A program made the translations under genes and the position numbers. DNA of 64,000 nt from a virus, in the IMG/VR virus record IMGVR_UViG_3300010412_000412, positions 8,022-72,021 of that record. One strand, written 5' to 3'. How positions within the stretch are numbered: position 1 is the first letter of the stretch; each line of letters begins with the position of its first letter. Below the pieces are notes generated by a model. The model made no database searches. It saw only the letters and a program-made list of their open reading frames with translations, and was not told the DNA's origin. Shown in pieces: positions 1 through 9,530 of this stretch.

Positions 1-862
1 AGGCTCTTGTTTTTTAAAAATTTTATCTAAAATGATTTGATTTTTTTCATCAATAATACGATATTTATATTCATCATTTTTAACATACCATTTAGATTGA
101 TTAATATATTGTTTTTTATTTTTTTCATAATCAATAACTAATACATTATTTGATTCAACTTTTTCTTTTTCTATAGTAATAATAAGTTGACCACTAACTA
201 CATAATCAAAACCTTTAATATTATAATACAAATTATGTATTTTCACATTTTCTAAAAGATATTTCCTACAATATAAATAAGCTGTTTCAAAAAAAGCTAT
301 ATCTATTATGAAACATAATTTACCATTATTTTTTAAAAAATCTATACTATGTTCTATGAATAACATAATATAATTTATTTTTCCATTTTTTAATGTATTA
401 GGAAATTGTTTATAATTTTTAAGATAATAAATTCGTTGTTCTTCATTTTTCTTTTTATCTCTTCTACCATAAAGTGATATATATGGTGGATTACCTAAAA
501 TAAAATTTATCATATAATACTTTTTTATCTTTTATAGTAAAATCACAACATAATGAATTGAAATTACCATTATATTTTTTATTGAAACATTTATAATAAA
601 AACAGATAATATTTTCTTTTGTTTTTTCAATAAAATGTGGATTAATATCTATAAAAAAAATATTTTCATCTATAAATTTTTCAATTAAAAAAGGATTTTG
701 TGATATAGTATATGCTTTTTTTAATATACCTATTATAATTGATCCTTCTCCGCAAGAGGGTTCTAATATAAATGATGAGAATATTTTTTCATCATTTGGA
801 AGACATTCAATTATTTTATCTATTATTTTTTCATTTTCAGTAAAATAAATACCATTATTCAT
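1..862 (-). pseudogene. N6-adenine DNA methyltransferase, frameshifted near 495-505; runs off the left edge
   Basis: ORF 862-491 has motif I (ILEPSCGEG). The +1 frame continues with ILGNPPYISLYGRR...FIEHSIDFLKNNGKLCFIID (motif IV NPPY). This break is not at a CGG. Confidence 0.75.
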
Positions 863-1352
863 TTTTTAATTTACAGATACCTAATTCATATTCAGTCATT
901 ATCATAAAAATAAACCCTATTGTTTTAGCATATTTTTCTGCGGCAATCCATTTATCATAATTAAGTTGCCATATTTTTTGTTCATTCAATATTGTTTTTT
1001 TATGACGTTTTTTATTATCAATAATATCTTTTTTTAATAAATATTTGCGAAAATAAGGTGGTACTTGACTAAAAGGTTTAATTTCAATTATCATTTTTTT
1101 TTCATTTCCATTTGTATCTATAGCCAACACCCAAAAATCTGCATAATAACGTCTTATTCGTTTATCTAATTGACTATAATATGGAATTGATTTTATTTCA
1201 CTACCCCATTTTTTAACATTTGGATTAGTATCACACCAAATAGCAAATTTTCTTTCCCAACTACTTCTTATTGTTATATTATTTATATTACCAACATATT
1301 TATCAATATTTTTTGGTATAAATTTTGTTATTTTTGGATAAAAGTTATTCAT
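855..1352 (-). CDS. gp4: T4 gp4-like head completion nuclease
   Basis: RSSWERKF..WCD.NPNVKKWGSE, RRYYADF and IEIKP motifs. Confidence 0.85.
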   Translation of the reverse strand: MNNFYPKITKFIPKNIDKYVGNINNITIRSSWERKFAIWCDTNPNVKKWGSEIKSIPYYSQLDKRIRRYYADFWVLAIDTNGNEKKMIIEIKPFSQVPPYFRKYLLKKDIIDNKKRHKKTILNEQKIWQLNYDKWIAAEKYAKTIGFIFMIMTEYELGICKLKNE

Positions 1353-1414
1353 AATATTTTTGTTTTTTTTTATAAAAATAAATAAGTAATATATTATTTA
1401 TTAAAGGAGAAAAT

Positions 1415-1819
1415 ATGTTAAAATCATTTTATGAGTATTTATTAGAATGTACAATATATTCAACTAAAGATTTAATTGATTTAGAAAAATTTGCTGATCG
1501 TATTTTGAAAAAATTAAATATTGATATAGAATTTACTCATCATTTTGGTGAAAGATTGAGTGATAAAAGAAATGAACCATGTATAAAAATAACTGAATTA
1601 CAACAATTATTTAAAAAAATAAAAAAAGAAAAAGGATTAAAAATAAAAAATCATAAAGAAAAAGAAGCAGTATTAGTTGATATTCAAAATGATTTAAATC
1701 TTCCTTTTGTTATTACTATCAATAATAATGGTGAATTTATATTAACATTAAAAACAATAATGAGAAAACAAAATTTCAGAACATCAGATAAAAAAATATT
1801 TTATGGTGGTGAAGAATAA
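1415..1819 (+). CDS. Hypothetical protein with a capsid-targeting-like N-terminus
   Basis: 134 aa, AAGGAG RBS, starts MLKSFYEYLLE. Confidence 0.6.
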   Translation: MLKSFYEYLLECTIYSTKDLIDLEKFADRILKKLNIDIEFTHHFGERLSDKRNEPCIKITELQQLFKKIKKEKGLKIKNHKEKEAVLVDIQNDLNLPFVITINNNGEFILTLKTIMRKQNFRTSDKKIFYGGEE

Positions 1820-1820
1820 A

Positions 1821-2552
1821 ATGGCAGAATTATATTATCCAACATTATTAGCAGATACAGAGGCTTATCCCGCTAATATAATGTTTACTTTTTATGAAAG
1901 AAAAGACACATCATCAAGTAGCATAAAAGATATTGTGCATTTATATATGCCAGAAAATTTCGGACAACCTTCCACAGTATCATGGGACCAATTTAGTAAA
2001 TTAGAAAGTACAGGAAATTTAGTTACAAATATTGGTAAAGTAATACCAGGTGGTGATTCTGCAATGGTTCGAAAATTTCAATCATTTTTAAATAAATATG
2101 GTAATGTTGCATCTGATATTATTGGTAGAGTTAAAAAAGGTTCAGGTACAATGTTTAATCCTTATATAGCACAAGATTTTAAAGGTGTTGATTTTAGAAA
2201 ATTCCAATTTTCTTTTACCTTTGTTCCTTTTTCTATGAATGATTGTGAAAGAATAAAAGAAATTTTAAATATTTTTAGAAAATGGTCTTTACCATCTGGT
2301 CCATTTGGTGGAGCAAATTCAGCATTTTTAAATTATCCTGGTGAAGTAGAAATCCAATATCAATTTGGTGATGGTGAAAATCCATGGATACACAGATTTA
2401 AACGTTCTGTAATAACTACATTAGATATAAATTATACAGGTGCAGGTCAATGGACAATGATGAGAAATGGTTTTCCAACAGAAACAACTATGACTATAGC
2501 ATTAGGTGAAATTCAAATAGTAGTCAGAGAAGATATTGAAGAGGGTTATTAA
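1821..2552 (+). CDS. gp48: Baseplate tail-tube cap, gp48-like
   Basis: LYMP, FNPY..Q.FKGVDFRKFQFSF.F.P and YP..V.I motifs; lies before gp53; ATG at 1821 preferred over 1803. Confidence 0.75.
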   Translation: MAELYYPTLLADTEAYPANIMFTFYERKDTSSSSIKDIVHLYMPENFGQPSTVSWDQFSKLESTGNLVTNIGKVIPGGDSAMVRKFQSFLNKYGNVASDIIGRVKKGSGTMFNPYIAQDFKGVDFRKFQFSFTFVPFSMNDCERIKEILNIFRKWSLPSGPFGGANSAFLNYPGEVEIQYQFGDGENPWIHRFKRSVITTLDINYTGAGQWTMMRNGFPTETTMTIALGEIQIVVREDIEEGY

Positions 2553-2554
2553 AA

Positions 2555-3163
2555 ATGAGTTTCTTTTTTAAACATTTTCCAAAAATTAATTATTCATTTA
2601 TTAATGAAAAAAATAATAAAAAAAGAATAGTTACTAATATATTAACAGCTTTTTTTCTTCGTAAAATTGGTTTTAATAGAAGTTTAATTTTTCAATATTA
2701 TACAATAAGAGATGATGATTCAATAGAAAGTTTAAGTAACAAATTATATAATACAACTATGTATTATTGGACATTATTAGTAGTAAATAATATCATAAAT
2801 CCATATACAGAATGGTCAATGCCACAAACTGTATTAGAAAAATTTACAGAAAAAAAATATAAAAATGGAATACAAATACAAAAAAAGGATAAAACATATT
2901 ATACATTATCAAATAGTATTGGTTTATATGGTATAAATCATTTTTTTAATATAAAAACACAAAGAAAATGTGATGATGTAGATGAAATATATTATAGAGA
3001 AATGTGGAATAAATATAAAAAAATAAATATTGATTATATTATACCAATAACAAATTTTGAACATGAAAAAAATATTGATATAGAAAATCGTAAAATACAA
3101 ATAGTAGGATCATATTATATATCAAATTTTCAAGAAGATTTTTCTAAAATGTTAAGGAAATAA
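2555..3163 (+). CDS. gp53: Baseplate wedge gp53-like (LysM-type)
   Basis: FFKHFPKINY start, YTIRDDDSIESLSNKLY....YYW.LL..N.I.NPY.EW. Confidence 0.8.
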   Translation: MSFFFKHFPKINYSFINEKNNKKRIVTNILTAFFLRKIGFNRSLIFQYYTIRDDDSIESLSNKLYNTTMYYWTLLVVNNIINPYTEWSMPQTVLEKFTEKKYKNGIQIQKKDKTYYTLSNSIGLYGINHFFNIKTQRKCDDVDEIYYREMWNKYKKINIDYIIPITNFEHEKNIDIENRKIQIVGSYYISNFQEDFSKMLRK

Positions 3164-3164
3164 A

Positions 3165-4397
3165 ATGCGTGTAGAAAATTCAGGCGCACATGGTGATATA
3201 AAAGTATTAGAAGTTATGTTGGATGAAAAAGATATTACTCTTTTTGTCAATATAATACAAATATTTCAAGATATTTTTATACCTTGTTGGAGTATTAGTA
3301 TTATTATAGAAGATTCGGCTAATATATTAATGACTATTCCTATCAGACCAGGTAGTAAATTAACTGTAAAAATTGAAACATCTGTAAATAGTGTATTAGA
3401 TGGTGAAAAAACATTTGAATTTATCATATATAAAATAGGAGATAAAGTATCAAAAGGACAAATGCACTATCAATATACATTATATGGTGCTAGTGAAAGT
3501 TTTATTAAAAATCAACAAATAAGAATCCAAAAAACTTATGCAAATAAAAAACCAGAAGAAGCAGTTGGTAATATTGTACAAGAATTTTTAGGTGGGTCAT
3601 TAAGTAATAGTGATAGAAGTGATATTAATTTTCATGTAATTATACCAAATTGGAATCCTTTTATTGCTTGTTGGTGGTATGCTAAGGTAGCATTAAAAGA
3701 AAATAGAAGTGATTATGTTTTTTTTATGAAAGATAATAATCAATATTGGTTTAAAAGTATAGAAGTATTATATACAAATGAAGATACAGGAATAACATTT
3801 AAACAATTACCAACTGGTTTTCGTAATGAAGCTGGTGATATTGAAGAAGATTATTGTATAATGATTAATAAATATGAAGTTTTTCATTTTGATAGTATGG
3901 CTAATCTTAGTACAGGTTTTTATGGTACAAAAGTAATGAGCTATGATGTTATAAATAAAAAATGGTCAAGTAAATCTTTTAATTATGGTGATGATTTAGA
4001 AGCAGATAAAGAAAAAAAATCATGGGATATATTTGATGGATCAGAAAATGCTAATATCAATTTTTTACCAAAACATCCTGGTATGCACTCTAATTCTACT
4101 ATAAATGATCAAATTGATAATTGGCAACCTTCTCGTAAATCACGTTTAATGAAATTAGAACAAGATAAATTACAAATACAATTTCCTGGTGGTGGAAAAG
4201 TATGGGATTTTTTAGGAAAAAAATGTAAAGTTGATTTACCAAGTAAACAAGATATAGAAGATGAAAAATTAGATAAATTTTTCAAAGGTGATTATTTAAT
4301 ATCTCATGTGCAATATTTTATTACACAAAATAATGTCGTTAATAATTTAGAATTAATAAAAATAAGACATGAACAAAAAATGACATCAGGAGGATAA
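3165..4397 (+). CDS. Baseplate hub protein, gp27-like
   Basis: 410 aa between gp53 and gp5; IIPNWNPF and G.YLI..V motifs. Confidence 0.55.
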   Translation: MRVENSGAHGDIKVLEVMLDEKDITLFVNIIQIFQDIFIPCWSISIIIEDSANILMTIPIRPGSKLTVKIETSVNSVLDGEKTFEFIIYKIGDKVSKGQMHYQYTLYGASESFIKNQQIRIQKTYANKKPEEAVGNIVQEFLGGSLSNSDRSDINFHVIIPNWNPFIACWWYAKVALKENRSDYVFFMKDNNQYWFKSIEVLYTNEDTGITFKQLPTGFRNEAGDIEEDYCIMINKYEVFHFDSMANLSTGFYGTKVMSYDVINKKWSSKSFNYGDDLEADKEKKSWDIFDGSENANINFLPKHPGMHSNSTINDQIDNWQPSRKSRLMKLEQDKLQIQFPGGGKVWDFLGKKCKVDLPSKQDIEDEKLDKFFKGDYLISHVQYFITQNNVVNNLELIKIRHEQKMTSGG

Positions 4398-4400
4398 ACA

Positions 4401-4580
4401 ATGTTTGATATTGATATATGGTTTAGAAATCAATTTACTTATCAAAATGAGTTTATTGAAGAACAAATTAAAAATGTTATTAAAAAAAATCAAATTAAAG
4501 GTTTTATTAGAAACCATGAAAAACAACCAGTTTGTATTGATTTAGTTTATTTAGAAAAGGAAGAAATAGAAGATGAATAA
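4401..4580 (+). CDS. Small hypothetical protein (59 aa, not in ORF track)
   Basis: AGGAGG RBS, ATG 4401, open to TAA 4580. Confidence 0.5.
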   Translation: MFDIDIWFRNQFTYQNEFIEEQIKNVIKKNQIKGFIRNHEKQPVCIDLVYLEKEEIEDE

Positions 4581-5545
4581 AATGAATACTGGTGCTTTCA
4601 GTATGGGTGATTTTGTTTGGTGGTATGGTTGTGTTGAAGACCGTATGGATCCAGAAAAATTAGGAAGATTAAAAATAAGAATATTTGGTTATCATACAGA
4701 AGATAAAGAAAAAATAAAAACAGAAGATTTAATGTGGGCTACAGTAATGCAACCAATAACGAGTTCTTTTTTCCGGTGGTATTGGTAATAGTCCAACAGG
4801 TATAGTAGAAGGAACATTTGTTGTTGGATTTTTTTTAGATGGTAATAATGCACAAAATCCAATAGTAATTGGTACAATTGGTGGTAAACCACATGAACGA
4901 AATAAAGAAAAAGGGTTCAATGACCCAAATGGTATATATACTCGTTATGAAATTGGTGAAGCAGATACTAATAGAATGGCTCGTGGTGAGAAAAAAGAAA
5001 AAACTCCAGCTAAATGGAGAGAAGAAAATATTGATATAGCACAAATAGCTTTTGGTGGTAAATTTGAAGAACCAAAAACTCCTTATGCTCCTCAATATCC
5101 TTATAATCATGTACGTGAATCTGAACCAAAACCTGGTTCAGATGTTAAAGATAATGATCCGCCTGCTAATTGTGGACATATAGAAGAATGGGATGATACA
5201 CCTGGTGCTGAACGTATTTATAAACAACATAAATCTGGTACTTTTTATGAAATACATCCTGATGGTAAAAAAGTTGAAAAAATAATCAATGATCGTTATA
5301 TAATAATAGAAAAAAATGATCATCTTCATATTAAAGGTGAAGGACGTTGTTCAATTGATGGTAATATTAATGTTTTAGTATCTGGTAATGCTTATATTGA
5401 AGTTCTTGGTGATTGTCAAGAATTTATACATGGTAATTATAATTTGCATATTGGTGGTAATTGGGATATACAAGTAGATGGACATCTTTATGCTAATAGT
5501 GATTTACATTTGAAATTTAATTCTGAAAGAATTGATTTGAATTGA
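4573..5545 (+). CDS. gp5: Baseplate spike gp5 (OB fold plus beta-helix, no lysozyme); +1 shift at CGG 4774
   Basis: G.VEDRMDPEKLGRLKIRIFGYH...QPITSSFF-[C]-GGIGNSPTGIVEGTFVVGFFLDG...YPYNHVRE...GHIEEWDDTPGAERI; repaired length 323 aa. Confidence 0.85.
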
Positions 5546-5574
5546 AAATCTATTCAATTAACCATGTTTTTTGT

Positions 5575-5799
5575 TTAACATAATTTTATATTTGTATTAC
5601 CAAATATTTTTTCTTCACCATAATCTGTTTGAATTATGAATGGTTTATCTTTTTGTATTAAATCATAATCTTTTTGTGTTAATGTATATTCAGTTTTTCC
5701 TTCTGGTCTATTTATTATAAATTTATCGCCAACTTTTAATTGTTTGATTTCTGTTTGTTTATTTTCTTTTTCAAGAATAAATTCGTTAAATGATTTCAT
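5575..5799 (-). CDS. Small protein with a capsid-targeting-like leader
   Basis: Starts MKSFNEFILEK; AAGGA RBS. Confidence 0.6.
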   Translation of the reverse strand: MKSFNEFILEKENKQTEIKQLKVGDKFIINRPEGKTEYTLTQKDYDLIQKDKPFIIQTDYGEEKIFGNTNIKLC

Positions 5800-6267
5800 A
5801 TTGTTTTCCTTTTAGTTTTATTATATTTATTTATTTAAAAATTAAAGTAAAAAAGTAGAAAGTAAAAAAAAATGTTGACATTGAAAGGATAAAAAAATGT
5901 TTGGTAAAGGTAAAAACGTAAAAATTTTCAACACGTATTGCTTCTAAAGAAGCAACGAAAATTTGTCAATTTTTGTTATACCTTGTTTGAATTAAACATA
6001 TTGATAAAAAAGTAAATGCCAAAAATAATTGAGCTAATACAAATGAATCTTAAAGAAAAAAAACCAAAACACTAAAAACTTTTTGGATCACCAATTATTG
6101 AGACCAGATATTTTTTCACAAAGTCAATGGGTATATTAAAACAGGTACCAGATTTCTTTTGTAGATGGTTTAGAACATTTTTTACCATCCAAATATTATT
6201 GATCATGTCAATTAATGGTCAATATCTTTTAACCAAATCAGAAAAAGAAAATAAATAAAAAAAGTAA

Positions 6268-6296
6268 TTGACAATTTTATAATTAATATGTATAAT
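6268..6296 (+). promoter_or_regulatory. Sigma70 consensus promoter
   Basis: TTGACA-17 nt-TATAAT, perfect match. Confidence 0.75.
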
Positions 6297-6439
6297 AATA
6301 TAGATGGTTCAGTTTTTGTTAATTCTGTTTTAAATTACACTGATAAATAAAATATAATGGATGAAGTTGATTCACTATATTTTAGAATGGTTGAAATAAA
6401 AATAAATATAAAAGTAATTGTAAAAAAAGGATAAAAATT

Positions 6440-6796
6440 ATGGTAGCAACATTTGAAGAATTTTTAACAGAAAAAATTGGTGATTTTAGAAAAAATAAAT
6501 TAAATTGGAATTTAAGTATAACAAAAGAAATTGTTGGTTATTTATTTGACATTATAATGGATGAAACAAATACTTTTATTGATGATAAAGGTAATTTGAA
6601 TATGTATGCTATAGAAAAAACATATGGTACTAATTATATAATTGATTTATTAAATTTTTTGCTTAAACATGATAAATATAAAAATTGGTTTAAATATAAA
6701 GGAAAAAATAAATATCAATTCAATAAAAATATTTTAATTAATACAAATATTCAAAACATAATGGTACAAAATATAGCAGATTTTAATTTAATTTAA
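6440..6796 (+). CDS. Hypothetical protein with capsid-targeting-like leader; paralog of 35666-36051
   Basis: Starts MVATFEEFLTEK; shares LNW...EIV..LF.II.D.T.TFID..G......K.YG.NY with 35666. Confidence 0.65.
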   Translation: MVATFEEFLTEKIGDFRKNKLNWNLSITKEIVGYLFDIIMDETNTFIDDKGNLNMYAIEKTYGTNYIIDLLNFLLKHDKYKNWFKYKGKNKYQFNKNILINTNIQNIMVQNIADFNLI

Positions 6797-6799
6797 AAA

Positions 6800-6833
6800 A
6801 AAAAAAAGTTCATTTTTTAATGAACTTTTTTTT
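6800..6833. terminator. Bidirectional intrinsic terminator
   Basis: AAAAAAAAGTTCATT-TTTT-AATGAACTTTTTTTT hairpin between convergent genes. Confidence 0.75.
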
Positions 6834-6840
6834 GTTTATT

Positions 6841-7329
6841 TTATAATGATTGTATTTTTAAAGATTCATTATTTTTTCTTAATGTTATCTTTAATATACC
6901 ATCTTTTAATGTAGGTGTATCTATTTTACCATAATTATCATTAGTTATTTTTAATATATGTCTGATATAAGATGTAGAAAACCCTTTATTAATCCATTCA
7001 ACTTTTTCACCATCAATCAAATCATTATCACATTTATTAACATCATTATCACATTTATTATCAACATTCACATTAGAATTTGAATTATTTTTATCACATT
7101 CAATAATAATAAATTGTCCTTTTCTTCTAACATCAATTTCATTTTCTTTAAAACCAACAACAATCAATTCAAAAACAAAATCACCTTGTTTATTAATATA
7201 TATATTATATGGTTGAAAATTATAATTATTCATTTTCATTTCTTTTTCATGTTTTTGTATTACATCATTGTAAATGTCATCAATAAAATGTCTTAAATTA
7301 AAATTGTCACGAATGTCAGAATATTCCAT
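6841..7329 (-). CDS. Small heat-shock protein (Hsp20)
   Basis: PYNIY, ELIVVGFKENEIDV, WINKGFS and LKDGILKITL motifs. Confidence 0.75.
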   Translation of the reverse strand: MEYSDIRDNFNLRHFIDDIYNDVIQKHEKEMKMNNYNFQPYNIYINKQGDFVFELIVVGFKENEIDVRRKGQFIIIECDKNNSNSNVNVDNKCDNDVNKCDNDLIDGEKVEWINKGFSTSYIRHILKITNDNYGKIDTPTLKDGILKITLRKNNESLKIQSL

Positions 7330-7607
7330 TAGTATATTTCTCCTATGTTTAAATTTTTATTTTTTGTTTTTGTTAATAAAATTTTTTCTTTATTTATTTT
7401 TTTTAATCGTTTATCAATTAAATTAATACTGATATTTAATGCTTTTTCATAATCATCAAAAGCACAAAATCCATCATGTTCAAATCCATTTTTATTTATC
7501 CACCTATCATAACCATTTATATTTATTTTCCATTGTGTATTATTTTCTTGTAAAATATTTATTTTTGAAAGATTAAATGTAAACATATTTATCAAATAAA
7601 TATTCAT
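7329..7607 (-). CDS. Hypothetical protein
   Basis: 92-aa ORF abutting hsp20. Confidence 0.5.
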   Translation of the reverse strand: MNIYLINMFTFNLSKINILQENNTQWKININGYDRWINKNGFEHDGFCAFDDYEKALNISINLIDKRLKKINKEKILLTKTKNKNLNIGEIY

Positions 7608-7637
7608 TTATTAAGCACTCCATCATAATTGTCAATA

Positions 7638-9527
7638 TTAAATCATACACCCATCTTTACCAGTACAAGCTAATTCTTGCATACTAGTAGTCATATCATC
7701 TTTTTCATAATTACCAATTTTATTAAAATCAATATCAGGCATATTATTAACAGCTTCTAAATATTTTTCTTCATTAATTTCTGTAAATGGTGCTTGTTTA
7801 TAAATACCACCAGAATAAGGAAGAAAACTAATACCACCAATATCATTCCAATTATTAAAAACCCATGCACCAACAGACATCCATTCATCAGGTCTAACAT
7901 AAACTGTTATACTAACATTATGGTCTGTCCAATAATCTCTAAACATTTTATAATGTTCTAATTGTTCAATTGATGATCTATCATTTCTCATTACACTATT
8001 TTTTGGTGATTTTTTAGGAAAACTAAAAATAGTAGTCGTATCTAATGCAGAAAGATCTGGTTCATTAGGAACATTTTGATCTTTCATTAATTGTGTTAAA
8101 GGATCATTATTATCAGCTCTAACTGTTCTTATATAATATTCAGAAAATCTAGGATGTATACCAGATGATGAATTAACTAATTCTGAAACTGTACCTGAAG
8201 GTTTAACTGTAGTGCAGGCTGCTGCTTGATTGATTCCTAATTTTTTAGCCCATTCTTTATTGGTATCAATACATACTTGTTTCATAGTTTTTAACATATT
8301 ACGTGCTTCATCTATATTTTGTGATAATATAGGATGATCCATAATACCTGTTAAACTTACTCCTAATAATCGTTCTTCTTCTGCATTTTTTTGCCAAATT
8401 TTTCTTAAATATCTAAAATTAGTCAAAGTGCTTTGAAATGTACCAATAATAGTAGCAATTTTTATTTTTTGAATAAGTATTTCTAATGTATCTTCTGGTC
8501 TTATAATAACTTCACTTAAATTACAAAAACCACAATTAGGCAATAATATTTCAGCACAAGGATTAGTCAATAATACAAATTTAGGATCACGTCTACCTGA
8601 TTCTTCTGCTTTTTTCTTAGCTGCAACTCTATTAAAAATACCACGTTCACCTGATTTACTTTCAATCAAACTCAACCATTCTTTTAAAAATATTTCAATT
8701 TCTGGTTTTTCTGTATAAGCAGCACTATTATTTGCTAATTTACGTTGATCATTATCTGTCCACCATTCTCCTGTTTTAGCATTTCGCATTCTATCATCAC
8801 TTAAATTGCTTAATGATATAGTTGCTGATCTTCTTACACCACCAACAACAACAATAGATGCTATTTTACAAACAATATCATGACATTCTAAACTATTTAA
8901 TTTTCTACCAGCAGCATTACGAAAAATAGGTATAATAAATTCAAATAAATCATTTAATGGTTCTGGTCCACTAGCTCTACCACCAAATATTTTTAATCTT
9001 TCACCTTTACCTCTAATTTTCGATAAATCCCATTTAGGAACTTCACCAGCATATAATAAAGCAATTAATTGTCTTAATGCTTTAGCCCATCCTATTTTAC
9101 TATCATGTACACTAATAACAGTATCTGCATCATTAAAATCTTCATTTATAATTGGTAATGAATTTATAAATTGTCTTTCAACACTAAAACCAACACCACA
9201 ACCAACTAATAACAAATATAATATTTCATCAAAAGCTCTTGGTGTATCTATACAAATAGCAGAACAATTAAAACCAGCTGCGTTATCTCTTTCTAATGCT
9301 TTTCCTGCAGACATCAAACAACGCATACTAGGCATTACTTCTAAATTTAATATTGCATTACGAATCATTTCTTTTGGATAAATTGATTCATTTGTTTCTG
9401 AAAAGAAATTTACATATCTATCAACAGTTTCTTCCCATACTTCTCGTCTTTTTAAATTTCTATCCCAACGTGCATATCTACTTAAATGAATATATTCTTG
9501 ATATTCATCCATTATTTTTTTTACCAT
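7638..9527 (-). CDS. nrdJ: Class II (adenosylcobalamin-dependent) ribonucleotide reductase
   Basis: MPSMR, FNC, TNPCAEI, CNLSEV, TVKPSGTVS and C-terminal ELAC....C. Confidence 0.9.
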   Translation of the reverse strand: MVKKIMDEYQEYIHLSRYARWDRNLKRREVWEETVDRYVNFFSETNESIYPKEMIRNAILNLEVMPSMRCLMSAGKALERDNAAGFNCSAICIDTPRAFDEILYLLLVGCGVGFSVERQFINSLPIINEDFNDADTVISVHDSKIGWAKALRQLIALLYAGEVPKWDLSKIRGKGERLKIFGGRASGPEPLNDLFEFIIPIFRNAAGRKLNSLECHDIVCKIASIVVVGGVRRSATISLSNLSDDRMRNAKTGEWWTDNDQRKLANNSAAYTEKPEIEIFLKEWLSLIESKSGERGIFNRVAAKKKAEESGRRDPKFVLLTNPCAEILLPNCGFCNLSEVIIRPEDTLEILIQKIKIATIIGTFQSTLTNFRYLRKIWQKNAEEERLLGVSLTGIMDHPILSQNIDEARNMLKTMKQVCIDTNKEWAKKLGINQAAACTTVKPSGTVSELVNSSSGIHPRFSEYYIRTVRADNNDPLTQLMKDQNVPNEPDLSALDTTTIFSFPKKSPKNSVMRNDRSSIEQLEHYKMFRDYWTDHNVSITVYVRPDEWMSVGAWVFNNWNDIGGISFLPYSGGIYKQAPFTEINEEKYLEAVNNMPDIDFNKIGNYEKDDMTTSMQELACTGKDGCMI

Positions 9528-9530
9528 TTA

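Noticed and set aside
5800-6440. Intergenic region as a tRNA or ncRNA locus (sought as the recoding tRNA)
   Set aside because: No cloverleaf or T-loop motif was seen, only short broken ORFs and a promoter; a covariance-model search is still advisable.
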